Program-made: the position numbers and the translations under genes
DNA from: Eledone cirrhosa
Lineage: Eukaryota
DNA length: 64,000 nt
Reading direction: 5' to 3'
Assembly (NCBI GenBank): GCA_964016885.1
Contig: OZ024745.1
Location: forward strand, 113,832,001 to 113,896,000
Notes under the pieces: model-generated
What the model was told of the DNA's origin: nothing
Seen by the model: only the letters and a program-made list of their open reading frames with translations
The model's database searches: none
Shown: positions 47,511 through 63,144 of the stretch, piece after piece
Numbering within the stretch: position 1 is the first letter of the stretch
How the letters are laid out: each line of letters begins with the position of its first letter

Positions 47511-47702
47511 GTACGATATTCCGGGTTGAATCGGAGGTAACCACAGTAAATAAGGTACTCAATTCATAGCAGGGTATAAAAGTTTTAATATAGATGAGAT
47601 TCTACAGGACTAGAACTGTTTCATTCTTTAGAAATCATCAGGAGATTCCTGATGATTTCTAAAGAATGAAACAGTTCTAGTCCTGTAGAATCTCATCTAT
47701 AT

Positions 47703-47703
<1 letters not shown>
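47511..47703. mobile_element. Family C fold-back element
   Basis: Perfect arms 47587-47642 and 47648-47703. Tail with gtactc 47555-47560. Confidence 0.85.
47642..47694 (+). ncRNA. Complete type I hammerhead ribozyme
   Basis: Helix I gagattc/gaatctc, CTGATGA 47649-47655, helix II t-ttc taaa gaa-t, GAA, helix III acag/ctgt, cleavage triplet GTA (47685-47687). Confidence 0.75.
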
Positions 47704-47785
<82 letters not shown>

Positions 47786-48309
47786 ATATAACATTATGTC
47801 GAATGTAGATTTATTCCATAATGTGAATTCGTTGATAAAGCTGTAAATTTATATGTATTATGTATAAAGTTATAATTGTATACATGCAGTGTCGGTAACC
47901 AACACTGCACGAATGTGTATATATATATACACATATTTAATATGTAGGCATAGTATTTATATATTTGTATACATACAGTTACACACACATTTCTCAGTAA
48001 TTACACGATATTCTAAAATTAACAATCTGGTATATACTATATACATGCTTACATATATACACATACGCACTCAAAAGCATGTATATTATATAATTTTTAT
48101 ATTCATATCAATCTGTTGAATTTGTCGATATTGTTATATCGGTATATTTAAAAAACACAATATATTCAGGGCGTTTAAGATTAATTTCATGTTTTTCATA
48201 GTACATCAAAATACATATATCATAGAAAAAGAGGCATACACACACACACACACACGCACACACACATACACACCCGCATATACAAAGACACGGGTTGTTT
48301 GTGGATACG

Positions 48310-48357
<48 letters not shown>

Positions 48358-48395
48358 ATGTATGTGTATATATATATATGTATATATGTAGATGA

Positions 48396-48443
<48 letters not shown>

Positions 48444-48447
48444 TCAT

Positions 48448-48485
<38 letters not shown>

Positions 48486-48544
48486 AATATTAAATATTAA
48501 ATAAATATTTACTAGTTGTAACCCAACAATTTTAAATATAACTT

Positions 48545-48590
<46 letters not shown>

Positions 48591-48781
48591 TATATATATA
48601 TAAAGAATGAATAATAACAGGTAGACATCATAAAAAGGTAATTTATTCTGTGTGCTTACAAATGTTTCCACGGTGGTTATACAGCCTAGTTATGCTATGT
48701 GCAAATTTATAACTATTTGCAAATGCTGTGACCACTGTATCATCACAGTAGAATGTACAATGTAAATACCCTTAAGTGAGG

Positions 48782-48835
<54 letters not shown>

Positions 48836-48878
48836 TATGTAACCCATGTGCAACCACGCAGTATTCTTCTTTCTTTTC

Positions 48879-48943
<65 letters not shown>

Positions 48944-49202
48944 CATCACAATGATATGGTAAAATTAACAACCTTGTATATACTATATATATGCTTACAT
49001 ATATACACATACGCACTACATAAAATATATGTATTGAGTGTGTGTGTCTGTGTGTGAATTTACGTATATGAATAATCATCTTTTATGGTAACATAAAATG
49101 TGATCTCGTGAGTTGAATGGTTTTAAATGTAGTGTCAAACGTGAAAATAATTTAATTGTTTCTCACAACGATTTTTAGAAATTATGTGCGATTAACGGGA
49201 TT

Positions 49203-49339
<137 letters not shown>

Positions 49340-50345
49340 CTGTGATGTTTGTATTTTGATGTAATGTAAAAAAAAAATTAAAAAAACATGAAATTTGGCC
49401 GAGTCCGGATTTGAGACAAGAACTTATTGGATCATAACAAAGTACCAAATGTTTTGCCAGGCGTTGTGCCAAATTTATAATTCACTTCTTATACAATTTT
49501 TATAATTTTTAATAATATTAGTAGTCATTTCATTTATTAGCTATAAGAAGAGACTACATATACTATATTATATACCTTATAAACATAAGTATTTCAATAC
49601 ATGTGGGTTTCGACATAAAGCCACATATATTGATATGTATGCATGTATAGGTGTAGGTATGCTTGTATTGGTGAGAGACGAAAACGTTATAGAATAGAAT
49701 GGCTTATATTTTATATCGCTCGAAATCCATATAATATTATTATAATACACGCAATAATTCAAACAAAATAAATGTTATAAAATGTATAAAACTTTAGGAA
49801 TACCTACCCACACATGAATAAGAACAGAGCAACTAACACTGTTTGCTAAAACTGGTTTTCATTTTAATTATAATATATGAAAAATAATATTGTATTTTGA
49901 ATTTCTGTTATATTACGGAAGTAAAACATTACAATATGTAATCTTATATTTTATGTTCTACACATTATTTTGATAAAGCTATATCACGAATCTAAGGGTA
50001 ACATTATCCTAACTAGAACAACATATCATTTAGGTCTTTTAATTGCTGTACATTTTATTTTTAACGGGGGATTTCAAAACATGCTAATCGCTAATATTCC
50101 AGAAAGTGTAGATCAGACCTGTAAATCTTGTCGTGACCATCACGTTGAGACTTTTCACCAGACCATGTATGATATATTTTTAAAGAGATTAGGGTAAACT
50201 AACGTTGATTTGATTGATAATTCTTGCAGATCACGTAGAATCCTGTTCATTTGCCTGTTATTACAACATGGTTATATAGTTATGTATACTGAAACCTGTA
50301 GAGAAAAAAAGTATATTTTTTCATTTTGTATTTAATAGTTAAAAC

Positions 50346-50408
<63 letters not shown>

Positions 50409-50622
50409 ATTGTATATATATATATATATAAAATAATATATATATATATAATATAAAATAATATATATATATATATATATAAGACAATATATAACATATG
50501 TATATATAATATATATGTGTATATAATATATATATATTTGTACTGTATATATGAATATATATATATAATATACATATTTATATATGCATATATAATATAT
50601 ACAAATTTGTAGTGTATATATG

Positions 50623-50659
<37 letters not shown>

Positions 50660-50709
50660 GTGTGTGTGTGTATTTGTAGTGTGCATATGAATATATATAT
50701 ATGTATATA

Positions 50710-50842
<133 letters not shown>

Positions 50843-50874
50843 TGAAGTGAGATCAGGATTTCTTTTTACCTTTT

Positions 50875-51024
50875 ACTAGTTTTAAACTAGTAAGACAATT
50901 ATTCAGCAGAGTACTGAATACTTGGGATAGTAGAGTGCAAATATAGTGAAGAACAGAAAACTCCAGTTTGGAATTTGCTGTCGAAACGGCAAGAGCTCAG
51001 CCGTTAGGCCTCCAACTCTCTCTA
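50875..51024. mobile_element. Family A subfamily element (inverted tail plus + strand HHR 3' half)
   Basis: gaaacggcaagagctcagccgtt. The left part is the reverse complement of the 53835-53893 tail. Confidence 0.65.
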
Positions 51025-51052
51025 ATATATACATATATATATATATATACAT

Positions 51053-51190
<138 letters not shown>

Positions 51191-51235
51191 TATACATATA
51201 CACACACACACACACATATATATATATGTGTGCGT

Positions 51236-51266
<31 letters not shown>

Positions 51267-51312
51267 CATTATATATGTATATATATATATATACATATAT
51301 ATATATACATAT

Positions 51313-51445
<133 letters not shown>

Positions 51446-51456
51446 CATACATATAC

Positions 51457-51495
<39 letters not shown>

Positions 51496-51496
51496 C

Positions 51497-51529
<33 letters not shown>

Positions 51530-51530
51530 A

Positions 51531-51590
<60 letters not shown>

Positions 51591-51628
51591 ATATATATAT
51601 ATATATACATACATATATATATACATAC

Positions 51629-51661
<33 letters not shown>

Positions 51662-51791
51662 TATTTATATACATACATATATATACATATATATATATAT
51701 TTGTGGATTTTCATGTGTGCTTCTGTACAATTGTGTGTGCGTCAGTGAAATTAAAAAAGAACATGTATTTATCATAGAGCTCATCCCTCGT

Positions 51792-51984
51792 AATAATTGT
51801 TTCTACTTTTGGCACAAGGCCAGCAATCACACAGTGTATTACTGGTACTTTATTTTATCGATCCCCGTAAGGATGAAAGGCAAAGTTAACCTTGGCGGGA
51901 TTTGAACTCACATCATAAAGGGGCGTAACTCTGTGCTGCAAGGCATAGCGTCCGACCCTCTACCGATACTGCCAATCCACCGCC
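51792..51984 (-). mobile_element. Full-length SINE
   Basis: Reverse complement of the consensus. Confidence 0.9.
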
Positions 51985-52918
51985 CGTAAGGATAATAATG
52001 ACGACAAGGATCACAATTCTAGCAATTTGAGAGCTTATATAGAGGGCAGCTCTTCCATTAACTCAAATTGATGTTATTATTGCTGATTCTGTGTTTCGTC
52101 CACAGGGCCATAAGTACTCCGACTATAATCATCATGATTTTTTTTTTTAAAATCAAGCTGAATGTCTGGATGTGTACATTATGTACAGTGCACTCACCTT
52201 TTGAAAAAGATAGGATATTATTTAGGGGGAAATTGGTATTACTTCTCGCAGCATATCACACCATCACCAATGCGCTCTCTGCCCGGCTACGGTTGAAATT
52301 CATTTTGTTAAAAAAAAAAAAATAGAATTAAATACACGTAAAAAATTAAGTAGAAAATAAATAAATAAAATATACACACAATGTACTTCAATTGTTGTTG
52401 TTGTTGTTGTTTAAGTCCTGGCCAGCTCTCATTGATCCAGCCTGGGATGAAAAACATTCCACCCTTAAAAATCTCGTCGATAGGAATATCAATGTGGTTT
52501 TCCTTCTGAAGACAGTAGAAATGTGTTCACAAATTTGTTCTAAATTTTTATGTATGTATGTAGTCACTTTAAAAAATATCTTCACGCACAGGCATTGCAC
52601 GATAGAATTAATTAATTATTATTAATAATGATATATCGTGCAATGGCCATACTCGATAACGAGGGGGCAGCCATCATGTATGTATGTATGTATGTATGTA
52701 TGTATGTATGTATGTATGTACGTATGTATGCATGAATGTATGTATGTGTATATGAATATATATGAATGTATGTTTGTATGTTTGTATGTTAGTGTGTATG
52801 GATGTATGGATGTATGTATGGATGTATGGATGTAGGTATGTATGTGTGTATGTGTGTATGTATGTGTGTATGTATGTATGTATATATGTGTGTATGTATG
52901 TATGTATGTATGTATGTA

Positions 52919-53178
52919 TGTGCAGTGCCTTTGCTCACTATAAAAGTTTCACGGCACAGGCATTGCTTTATATCTGGAGATCTCTCTGCACTTGTCGTCA
53001 CATGGTACCATGGGCCCAGCACTATGTGTCAATAATTGTCACAAGTGTAGTGTTTGTACCAGAGTTTTCAAGTCGCTGGCTGGACTAAGAGTCACACTCG
53101 TTCAGCGCATCGGTCGGGGGTTCTCCTACATGGATATAAAGTAGTGGCCGTACTCGAAAACGAGTCGGTAGCCACCAT
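52919..53178 (+). mobile_element. 5'-truncated copy of the RTE derivative at 2703
   Basis: Near-identical to 3024-3283. Encodes [22 protein letters not shown]. Embedded in (TATG)n. Confidence 0.75.
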
Positions 53179-53466
53179 GTATGTATGTATGTGTATGTAT
53201 GTATGTATGTTCTTCTGGGTTTATAATTTCACAAATTTTTGTCAATAGAGAGAGAGTCGGTTTCTAACATAGACACAAGACTCTCTCATTGGAATTTACA
53301 CAACATCAACTAGGTAGATATGTATGTATGTCTGCATGTGTAGATATGGATGTTATTGTATGTGTGGATGTGTATTATTTGAGTTGTATGTGTGCATGTG
53401 TATATGCTTAGTATCTGTATATGTGCATATGCAGTTATTAGATGCAACATTTTTGGAATGTTTTAC

Positions 53467-53522
<56 letters not shown>

Positions 53523-53764
53523 GTATGTACGTATGTGTGCATGTATGCATGAATGTATGTATGTGTGTATGAATATATGAATGTATGTTTGTATGTTAGT
53601 ATGTATGTGTGTATGAATGTATGTATGTGTGTATGAATATATGAATGTATGTTTGTATGTTAGTATGTATGTGTGTATGAATGTATGTATGTGTGTATGA
53701 ATATATGAATGTATGTTTATATGTTAGTATGTATGTGTGTATGTTTGTATGTATGTATATATAG

Positions 53765-53909
53765 TCTGGAACTAGCTGTTGAAACGGCAAGAGCTCAGCC
53801 GTCGGGGTCCCGACTCTTTATAATATAGCTATACGCTACTACCCCAAGTATCGAGTACTCTGTTGAGTAATGGTCTACTAGTTTTAAACTGGTTCTATCC
53901 TCATGTATG

Positions 53910-53912
<3 letters not shown>
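53765..53912 (+). mobile_element. Family A subfamily long arm
   Basis: gaaacggcaagagctcagccgtcggggtcc, gagtac tail, ends at (TA)n. Confidence 0.75.
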
Positions 53913-53952
<40 letters not shown>

Positions 53953-53956
<4 letters not shown>

Positions 53957-54185
53957 GTTATTCCGGGTTGAATCGGAGGTAACCACAGTAAGTAAGGTAC
54001 TCAATACATAGCAGAGTATAACAGTTTTAATATAGAAGAGATTCTACAGGACTAGAACTGTTTCATTCATTAGAAATCATCAGGAATCTCCTGATGATTT
54101 CTAATGAATGATGATTTCTAATGAATGAATGATGATTTCTAATGAATGAAACAGTTCTAGTCCTGTAGAATCTCTTCTATATTAA

Positions 54186-54189
<4 letters not shown>
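53953..54189. mobile_element. Family C fold-back element with complete minus-strand HHR (54038-54090)
   Basis: Same family as 47511. The + arm carries a triplication of tgatgatttctaatgaa. Confidence 0.85.
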
Positions 54190-54275
<86 letters not shown>

Positions 54276-54294
54276 GAGAGAGGGAGAAGCGGGT

Positions 54295-54442
<148 letters not shown>

Positions 54443-54460
54443 GGAGAAGCGGGTGGTATA

Positions 54461-54566
<106 letters not shown>

Positions 54567-54577
54567 TTTTTTTTTTA

Positions 54578-54611
<34 letters not shown>

Positions 54612-54637
54612 TATTTTTTTTATACATACATATATAC

Positions 54638-54742
<105 letters not shown>

Positions 54743-55111
54743 TGTGTGTGTGTGCAGAGAGGGTGAGTGAGATGAAAAGAAAGAGGTAGATAGTAGATAT
54801 ATATATACATAAATCCATAGGTTGATAGGTGAAATAATAATAATAAAAAAAAAAAAAAGTGATAAAAATGTTAGAAAGAGTGAGGAGAACGAAAGGTAAA
54901 AAGAACGGACGATAGTACGAGAGACAGAAAGAAGGAAAGAAAATAGAAGGACAGAAATAAAGGAAGAAAGTAAGAAAAAAGGAACGAAGATATTGTGAGG
55001 CAACAAGATATAAAGATAATAGGAAAAAGGGAAAGAGAAACTGAAACGAGAGGGAAGATTGCGAATTGAGCAAATAATTTGAAAAAGGCGAGGAAGATAG
55101 AGAGAAAGAGC

Positions 55112-55169
<58 letters not shown>

Positions 55170-55954
55170 AAGAGAGAGAGAGAGAGAAAGAGAGAGAGAT
55201 GAATACAATCTTTCTAATGCTATTTTAACTAAAGAGTGATAAATTGCTTGTTATGTGCCAAAATTATATTTGTGGGCCCTTCATTTACAGTTCCCATTTC
55301 CTTTTTAACCAATCTTAGATTACAGGAATTTACTAATGTATAGGGACCATTGTTACTTAAGCAAATAAGACTACACGCAGAATTTTCTCTTGTTAATTCA
55401 GGAACAGGAATATTAAAATTCTCCCCTTGTAACCGAAACTTATGTAATTCAATGTGCTTTTGGTCTAATATTGAAAATGTCATTATATTACTTTAAACTT
55501 AATATTTGAGCTATACATTAGGTTAACGTTGGAAGGGTTAAGTAGTACTATACAAAATAACTGTTACTTAGCTGATCATTACCCCCTATCATATCAAATC
55601 AACCGATTTGATATGATGTGGGGTAATGATCATCACAGATGTTTGAAATATATTAGTAATAATCTGATTCCTTTAAACGATATTTTGAGAAAAAATAATA
55701 ATCAAGCCCAGTTACTCAAGGAACTGTAAATATTCAATAGAATTTGATAAGAAGAATTAATTTTCTTTAAAGTTTATTGGATCTTGGACGTTTTTCTTAA
55801 ATGTTAAAGGCTGTATATTACTGTAGAAATAACATATTTAGCCAGGGAAACCTGAAAACGTAGATCATATATCATATGTTAGTAGGTCAATCCGACACTG
55901 GTTGAGCGATGTTACAGGTGCTAGCCAGATCCACAATGTATACACATACACATG

Positions 55955-55994
<40 letters not shown>

Positions 55995-55996
55995 CA

Positions 55997-56027
<31 letters not shown>

Positions 56028-56670
56028 AACTGTAAAATGTTTATGATAAAAAATGATCCATTTCATACACGCTAAATTTGAGCTTAAAGTATGTCTGGTC
56101 ATCATAGCATAGTGGTTAATGAATTTGTCCAATATACACCAGATGAGTGGTTCGGTTCTCACTGAAGGTACTATCAAATAATTTGCATGTGAAAAATGCG
56201 TAATTCAAATGTGTATGTATATACATAATTTATATGTGTATACATAATTTATATGTGTATACGTTATTATGATACATACAATACATATATAAAAACTATT
56301 TTACAGAGGAAATTAATTTTGAAAATAAAGTAAATGAATACAGACAGGGTTTAGTGTGTGTGTGTTTGTTTGATTAAGAGTTGTGATGGTTTTGTAGTTG
56401 GGTGCATGTTGCTTTGTTCAAGTTTTTGGCTTCATATTACGTAATGTATAATAATAAAGGAATTTAATATGTAAAAAAAAAATAACAGATAACCAAAAAC
56501 AATATATATATATATAAAGCAAATTGCATGAATCTAAATGCCTGCTAGCGAATCTTCCAGAAGCTGAAAAGCGGGAGCGGGTGAATGGATGTGGGAGGGA
56601 CTTGCACACAGTGGATTGATCAATACACACATGGCTTCGATGGGGGATTCAAGCGTAGAGTTTACTTATA

Positions 56671-57001
56671 TCAGTGTTCAATCTGATACAGAGCGAGTGT
56701 CACACAGGTAGAAGACTTACATTCGTTCGGACGATCGTTCCATGGCGAAACAAAGCAGGTGACAGCGGCGGTGACAGTGGTGTAGGGTGTAAATAAAGCA
56801 AGCCAATACAGTGAGGAGTGGTAGGAGTAAGAGGAGTAAGAGTTGTAGGAGTGGAAAAAAAAAAAAAAAAAAGACGAAGAAGAGGAAGAGGAAAGCAGAG
56901 CTAAAGGAGAGAGTGAATACGTATGGAATAGAGAGGAGTGAGGAAAAGGTTGTCCGGAGTTATGCTTAATCGATACAGCATTGTCGGGTACGTGGACGCA
57001 G
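56671..57001 (+). other. Candidate first exon of a host gene
   Basis: Unique, GC-richer sequence. Inr-like TCAGT at 56671. Consensus donor CAG|GTGAGT at 57001/57002. Possible ATG at 56962 (MLNRYSIVGYVDA). Confidence 0.35.
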
Positions 57002-57676
57002 GTGAGTCGATGGACAGGTTTATATATATATATATATTTCTTCTATGTCTTCTCTTATGAGGTATGTATGTGGTGATGTGTGATAAAGGAGCGTGCTGTG
57101 TGTAATATTATCTGACGCATGTGACGTGTGATCTACGGCGTTGTGTGCTGTGAGTCGTTGATTGGTGTGTGGCGTGCTGTGTGTCTGTACTCTTACTTGT
57201 TCTGTGTGCTGTGTAACGTGTTGTGTCGTGTACTGTTTTACAATAATGGTTGGGTGTATGTAATGTTGTGTGAGCTGTTCTGTAAGTGATCTATGGCGTT
57301 GTGTATGGACTACTGAGTGGGACTTTAATCTGTGTTGTGTAGCAAGTAGTGTTTAGTGTGTTTAGTGTGTAACATACAGCTTAATGATGGTATTATTGCG
57401 TAATTCACCTGGAGTATTGCGTGTGATGTATAATGAATACTGTAATACGTTGATGATTTGTGTGTAGTGTTGTTATGTTGTGTTTATTTTATTTTATTTT
57501 ATTTTATTTTATTTTATTTTTACTTTTTTTAATGGAGGGAGGTGAGCTAGAGTATGTATTAGTGTTTTATTTGTTATGCATGTGGTGGATTGTGTTTTGA
57601 CTATGAGGTGCAGTGTACAATGTGCAGGAGTCAAATATGTTTCGTGGTGCATATGAAGAGTATGATGCATAATAAT

Positions 57677-57776
57677 TGTTTCTCCTTTTGGCACAAGGCC
57701 AGCAATTACCTCCAGTGTATTACTGGTACTTTATTTCATCGACCCCGTAACAATGAAAGTCAAAGTTAAACTCGGC
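57677..57776 (-). mobile_element. 5'-truncated SINE with 13-bp TSD
   Basis: TSD gatgcataataat at 57664-57676 and 57777-57789. Confidence 0.85.
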
Positions 57777-58184
57777 GATGCATAATAATGTACATAGTGT
57801 CCTGTATATGCTATTACGTGGGTGGTGTATATAATATGATATATTATCAATGATGTGTTGCATGTGATGGATTGTGTATAATGTATAGGATGTATGGCGG
57901 ATTGCGTGTGATGTATGGGTTCTAATGTTTTAGAAGTTTAGCCCCAGGTTAAGTCTGACTGAGCAGACACTGTTGTGACCATCTCATCTTTTAGCGCTTC
58001 CCTCTATCAAGGTTAAGTATGGATCTGTAGCTGGATTGTTCCTCACCAGAGCGCATGGAAGACCACCATTAGCTTATATAACAACCACCCCTTCACAACG
58101 TCACCATTGTTGTACACAGTAAATGTAATACCTTTACAACTCGGCATCATTATCATCACAGGTATCATTTCTTATTTCAAGAGG

Positions 58185-58700
58185 ATAGTTTGTGATTTGA
58201 GGGGATATATGACAGCTATTTCTAGCAGGTCGAGCAAGCACGTAGTTATATATCTATGTCATGCAGTTTGTGATGTGTAGTATGTGTGATGTGTAGTATG
58301 TGTGATGTGTAGTATGTGTGATGTGTTGAGGGGGTTTCTATAGATATAGAGTTTGTGATTTGAGGGGATATATGACAGCTATTTCTAGCATGTCGAGCAA
58401 GCACGTAGTTATAGATCTATGTCATGCAGTTTGTGATGTGTAGTATGTGTGATGTGTTGAGGGGTTTGTATAGATATATAGTTTGTGTTTTGAGGGGAGA
58501 TATGACAGCTATTTCTAGCAGGTCGAGCAAGCACGTAGTTATAGATCTATGTCATGCAGTTTGTGATGTGTAGTATGTGTGATGTGTTGAGGGGTTTCTA
58601 TAGATATATAGTTTGTGATTTGAGGAGAGATATGACAGCTATTTCTAGCAGGTCGAGCAAGCACGTATTTATATATCTATGTCATGCAGTTTGTGATGTA
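58185..58700. repeat. Four tandem ~120-160-bp units
   Basis: gtttgtgatttgagggg..gacagctatttctagcaggtcgagcaagcacgta repeated four times. Confidence 0.9.
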
Positions 58701-58996
58701 TGGTTGTATAGTTTATTGGGTGCCGCATGTACTATGTTGTATAATGTTATCGCATGTTTTATATGATTTAGATGGTTTCTGTGTATTTACAATGTATTGT
58801 GTTATATGGTATTATGTTGGTGGTATATTGTATACATAGTATGAAGTGTTATGGGTGATGTAGTTAAAATTGAGTGTAGGGGAGAATATTTAGTATTTAG
58901 TGTCATCTCATTTAGTGTCATATCATACGTATTTGATGTGCTACGTATAAACTGAAGTAGGGGCTGGTGGGATTTTATGCAGTATTTATTGTTGTG

Positions 58997-59125
58997 TCAA
59001 CTTTGCCTTTCATCCTTTCGGGGTCGATAAAATAAAGTACTAGTCAAGTACTACGGCTGATTTAACCGAATGTCCCCCCCTCCTCCAAAATTGTTCGCTT
59101 TGTGCCTAAATGTAGAAATCATTAT
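58997..59125 (+). mobile_element. 5'-truncated SINE
   Basis: Core ctttgcctttcatcctttcggggtcgataaaataaagtac plus tail. Confidence 0.8.
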
Positions 59126-59853
59126 TGTTCTTGATGTTTAATTTAAGGTTAGCCATTATTAAGCAGACCTTTCAACTAAGGTATTCTAACCGTGGCCATC
59201 ACGTGAATTATTTTATGTACAGCGAACTTGAACACTCATTGTTGGGTATGTCCTTTTCTAAGATGGTAGGTTGTGATTTGAGGGAGATTTGCCTGCTAAT
59301 TCTAGCAGATCCAACCACCACGCAAAGATTCTTTCGTTAGCTCGCAGCTTGTGTTATACAGTGTATGTTGTACAATAGTTGTGTATAGGTGTGTGATGTG
59401 TGATACACAGTGGCGTGAGAAGAAGTAAACGTTATGTAATATGGCCCGTAGTGTGACTTGTTTATGTGAGGTGATGTGTGTCTAATTGTATTTTGTATCA
59501 TGCAGGCTATGATGTTATGTATAGAGCGAAATATTTAATGATCAATGTAATAAATACGTAATTAAAGGTTTGGTATGATTTTATGTTGTCATGCGAAGGT
59601 GTGAGAAGTTGTGCTGCAGGTGTGTGATGTAAATATGTCTCTTCTAGTACGTGATATGTGATGTGTAATATGTCCGTTCCATTACGTGATGTTGGGGGCG
59701 GGATATATAATATGCAGCTTGTGGAAGAAGAGAATTAATTTTCTGATATGTATTTGTCGATTCCAGTGATTCGGTGACGATTTACGTGTTAGTATTTGAG
59801 TGTAGAAATGTGTAGATTGCTGTAGGTTAAGTGTCTATTGGAATAAAAGTTAA

Positions 59854-60073
59854 CCCTTTAGCATTCACATTATTCTATATATACTATTATATTTTCATGG
59901 TAAAGGCTTTACCTCACATAATTATCTCACATAATATCAAAACTATGAGATTTTGAAAGTATTTATTTTGAGAATAATACCTTAACATCAGTTTGAGCGA
60001 CCAGTTTCAGCCAGTTTCAACAGAAAGAGGTAGAGAATTCTGGCCGGATTTGGCCGGTTTGAACATTAAAGGA
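59854..60073. mobile_element. piggyBac-type MITE
   Basis: TTAA|ccctttagcattca ... tgaacattaaagga|TTAA: imperfect TIRs with a TTAA duplication. Confidence 0.6.
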
Positions 60074-60184
60074 TTAAAACATGAGTGTATAAAATTCATC
60101 AAATGATTAGAGAGTAAAGGATGATGACTTGTGTACAAAAATGTATGTAAATATGTGTGTATATCTGTATGCACACACGCACAA

Positions 60185-60223
<39 letters not shown>

Positions 60224-60274
60224 AATAGGTATATATATATATATATAAATAGGTATATATATATATATATATAT

Positions 60275-60501
60275 AACGAAGGGGTGTGGTAAGGAACCAG
60301 ATGGACCATAACGCACTGCCAGAAAAGATTTAATTGTGTTTACAAGAAATGTTTACCAATCCTTTTGACAACTACAATCTTCCCATATAAGGATTGCCCC
60401 TTTGAAAAGTTCGGCTATTTATTACCAAGCTAAAAATTCTAATTTAGTCCAGAAATAGCCGTGGAAACGGGTTGAGTTCTGCCGTCGGGGTTAAACATTT
60501 T

Positions 60502-60504
<3 letters not shown>
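60275..60504. mobile_element. Family A element retaining the region upstream of the HHR
   Basis: gcccc-tttgaaaa-gt-tcggctattt..aaatagccg-tg-GAAAC..GTC-ggggt (60396-60491). An inverted tail tip is on the left. Confidence 0.75.
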
Positions 60505-60534
<30 letters not shown>

Positions 60535-60548
60535 CCTTCCCCAAGTAT

Positions 60549-60648
<100 letters not shown>

Positions 60649-60744
60649 ATAGTAATAAATTACTGTCTTTCACTATTTAGGGTTTAAAATATATATAACT
60701 ATAAAAGGTTTTAGTATATACATAACCATAAATAGTATCCTTAA

Positions 60745-60825
<81 letters not shown>

Positions 60826-60833
<8 letters not shown>

Positions 60834-61210
60834 TATAAGCATTAATAAAATAGATGTTCTTTTGATCAATTACATTTTATTATACATATTTCGGATGTAC
60901 AACAGTACGTCCTCATCAGACAAAATATAATGATACATGACATACTCTGAGATGTTAAATGGTTCATCTCATTTAACCTTTTAACATCTCAGGGTATGTC
61001 ATGTATCATTATATTTTGCCTGATGAGGACGTAATGTTGTACATCCGAAATATGTATAATAAAATGTAATTGATCAAAACAACATCTATTTTATTAATAC
61101 TTATATTTTAATATTAATAACTCCTGAAAATTATTTTTCTCGTTGAGTGCTTCCAATCTACTGTAAAACTCGTTCTTTGACATAATCATCGAATATTGTT
61201 TAACAACTTA
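60826..61210. mobile_element. Family B subfamily fold-back element with an HHR in each arm
   Basis: ~130-bp arms around ~60960-60980. CTGATGA 61020-61026, ggacgta..tacatcc, GAAA-tatgt-ATA-ataaaat. Tail with gagtgc 61145-61150. Confidence 0.85.
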
Positions 61211-61213
61211 ATA

Positions 61214-61255
<42 letters not shown>

Positions 61256-61296
61256 TATATATAAATATATATCTATATCTATATATATATGTATGT

Positions 61297-61389
<93 letters not shown>

Positions 61390-61642
61390 ATAGGGATGTA
61401 TATGCCAGCATATATGTGATGTTCACATGGTAGCCTCGCTATTAAAGAAAAATAATTTTTTCGTTACAAAAGATTAATTTTTCTTTGATAGTGGAGCTAC
61501 CTTCTGTTTATTGTATATAAAAAGTACTGTATATGTGTTCATATACATACATCCTACTATGCCTAAATGACGTCTCAATGATTTTGCCAAATATACATAT
61601 ATCGGTATATATATATATATATAAATATATATATATATACAT

Positions 61643-62018
<376 letters not shown>

Positions 62019-62253
62019 ATATATGTATATATATATATACTAAATTTTTATATACCGATATATATATATTTGGCAAAATCATTGAGACATCATTTAGGCA
62101 TAGTAGGGTGTATATATATATATATATATATAAGGCTGCAGAGTCAGGTTCGATCTATAGTAGGTCTTGCCTCGAGCTGATCGTTAGAGAAACATATGTA
62201 ATATGTTATTAAATATGGTATGATGCAACACTGAATCCTTGTTCCTTATCATT

Positions 62254-62641
62254 GATTGGCAGTATTGGTAGAGGGTTGGACGCCATGCTTTGACGTATAG
62301 AGTTACGGCCCTTGCCTTTCTGAGTTCAAATCCCGCCAAGGTTAACTTTGCCTTTCATCCTTACGGGGTCGATAAAATAAAGTACCAGTAATGCACTGGG
62401 TATTTGCTGGCCTTGTGCCTAACGTAGAAACAATTGTAATATATATATATACGGTGGATTGGCAGTATCCGTAGAGGGTCGGACGCCATGCTTTGACGCA
62501 TAGAGTTACGGCCCTTGCCATTCTGAGTTCAAATCACACCGAGGTTAACTTTGCCTTTCATCCTTACGGGGTCGATAAAATAAAGTACCAGTAATACACT
62601 GGGATAATTGCTGGCCTTGTGCCCAAAGTAGAAACAATTAT
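62254..62641 (+). mobile_element. Two tandem SINE copies (62254-62435 and 62452-62641)
   Basis: A-box, B-box, core and tail are present in each. Confidence 0.9.
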
Positions 62642-62822
62642 AATATATATATACACGTACACAGTACAGGCCTTATAAACACTCTTATGCTTAAATGCTG
62701 TTCCAATGATACTGCCAAATATATATAGACAATAGACATGCACGCGCACACACACACACACCTATGTGTCTATGCATGTATATATACCAAGTGGGGTTGA
62801 CTAATAGATAGTGAGATAGATA

Positions 62823-63144
62823 TATTTCTTTATTTACCATAAAGGCATAAAAAGAAGGGACAAATACAAAGGGGGAGTTTACATAAAACCGAGTAAAAAG
62901 GGTATAAAATAAAAATAATCAAAAACAACCTCAAAAGGGAGGGGACGTGATGGGGTTTGCACACACCCCCGTAAAAGTGTGCAATCCTTTGCCCGGTGAG
63001 CACATGGAGAAGGTGCTCCCATCTCCTTCACTTCTTTACCTACAGGATGGTATACAGAGAAGGCCCATTTACACGAGCCATTCTCGCCACTATCACCCAC
63101 CTTTCATAAAACTGCCTGTGGCCAAGCACCTCTCTCCCCATTCT
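62823..63144 (-). mobile_element. 5'-truncated LINE (L1/Tx1-like) with 18-bp TSD
   Basis: TSD tagatagtgagatagata at 62805-62822 and 63145-63162. The minus strand encodes REVLGHRQFYERWVIVARMARVNGPSLYTIL*, then a 3' UTR ending AATAAA. The clade call is from recall of similar C-termini. Confidence 0.65.

Noticed and set aside
48010-49020. ~55-bp direct duplication (48014 and 48961), and a 22-bp duplication at 54276 and 54436
   Set aside because: Most simply explained as local slippage in low-complexity DNA.
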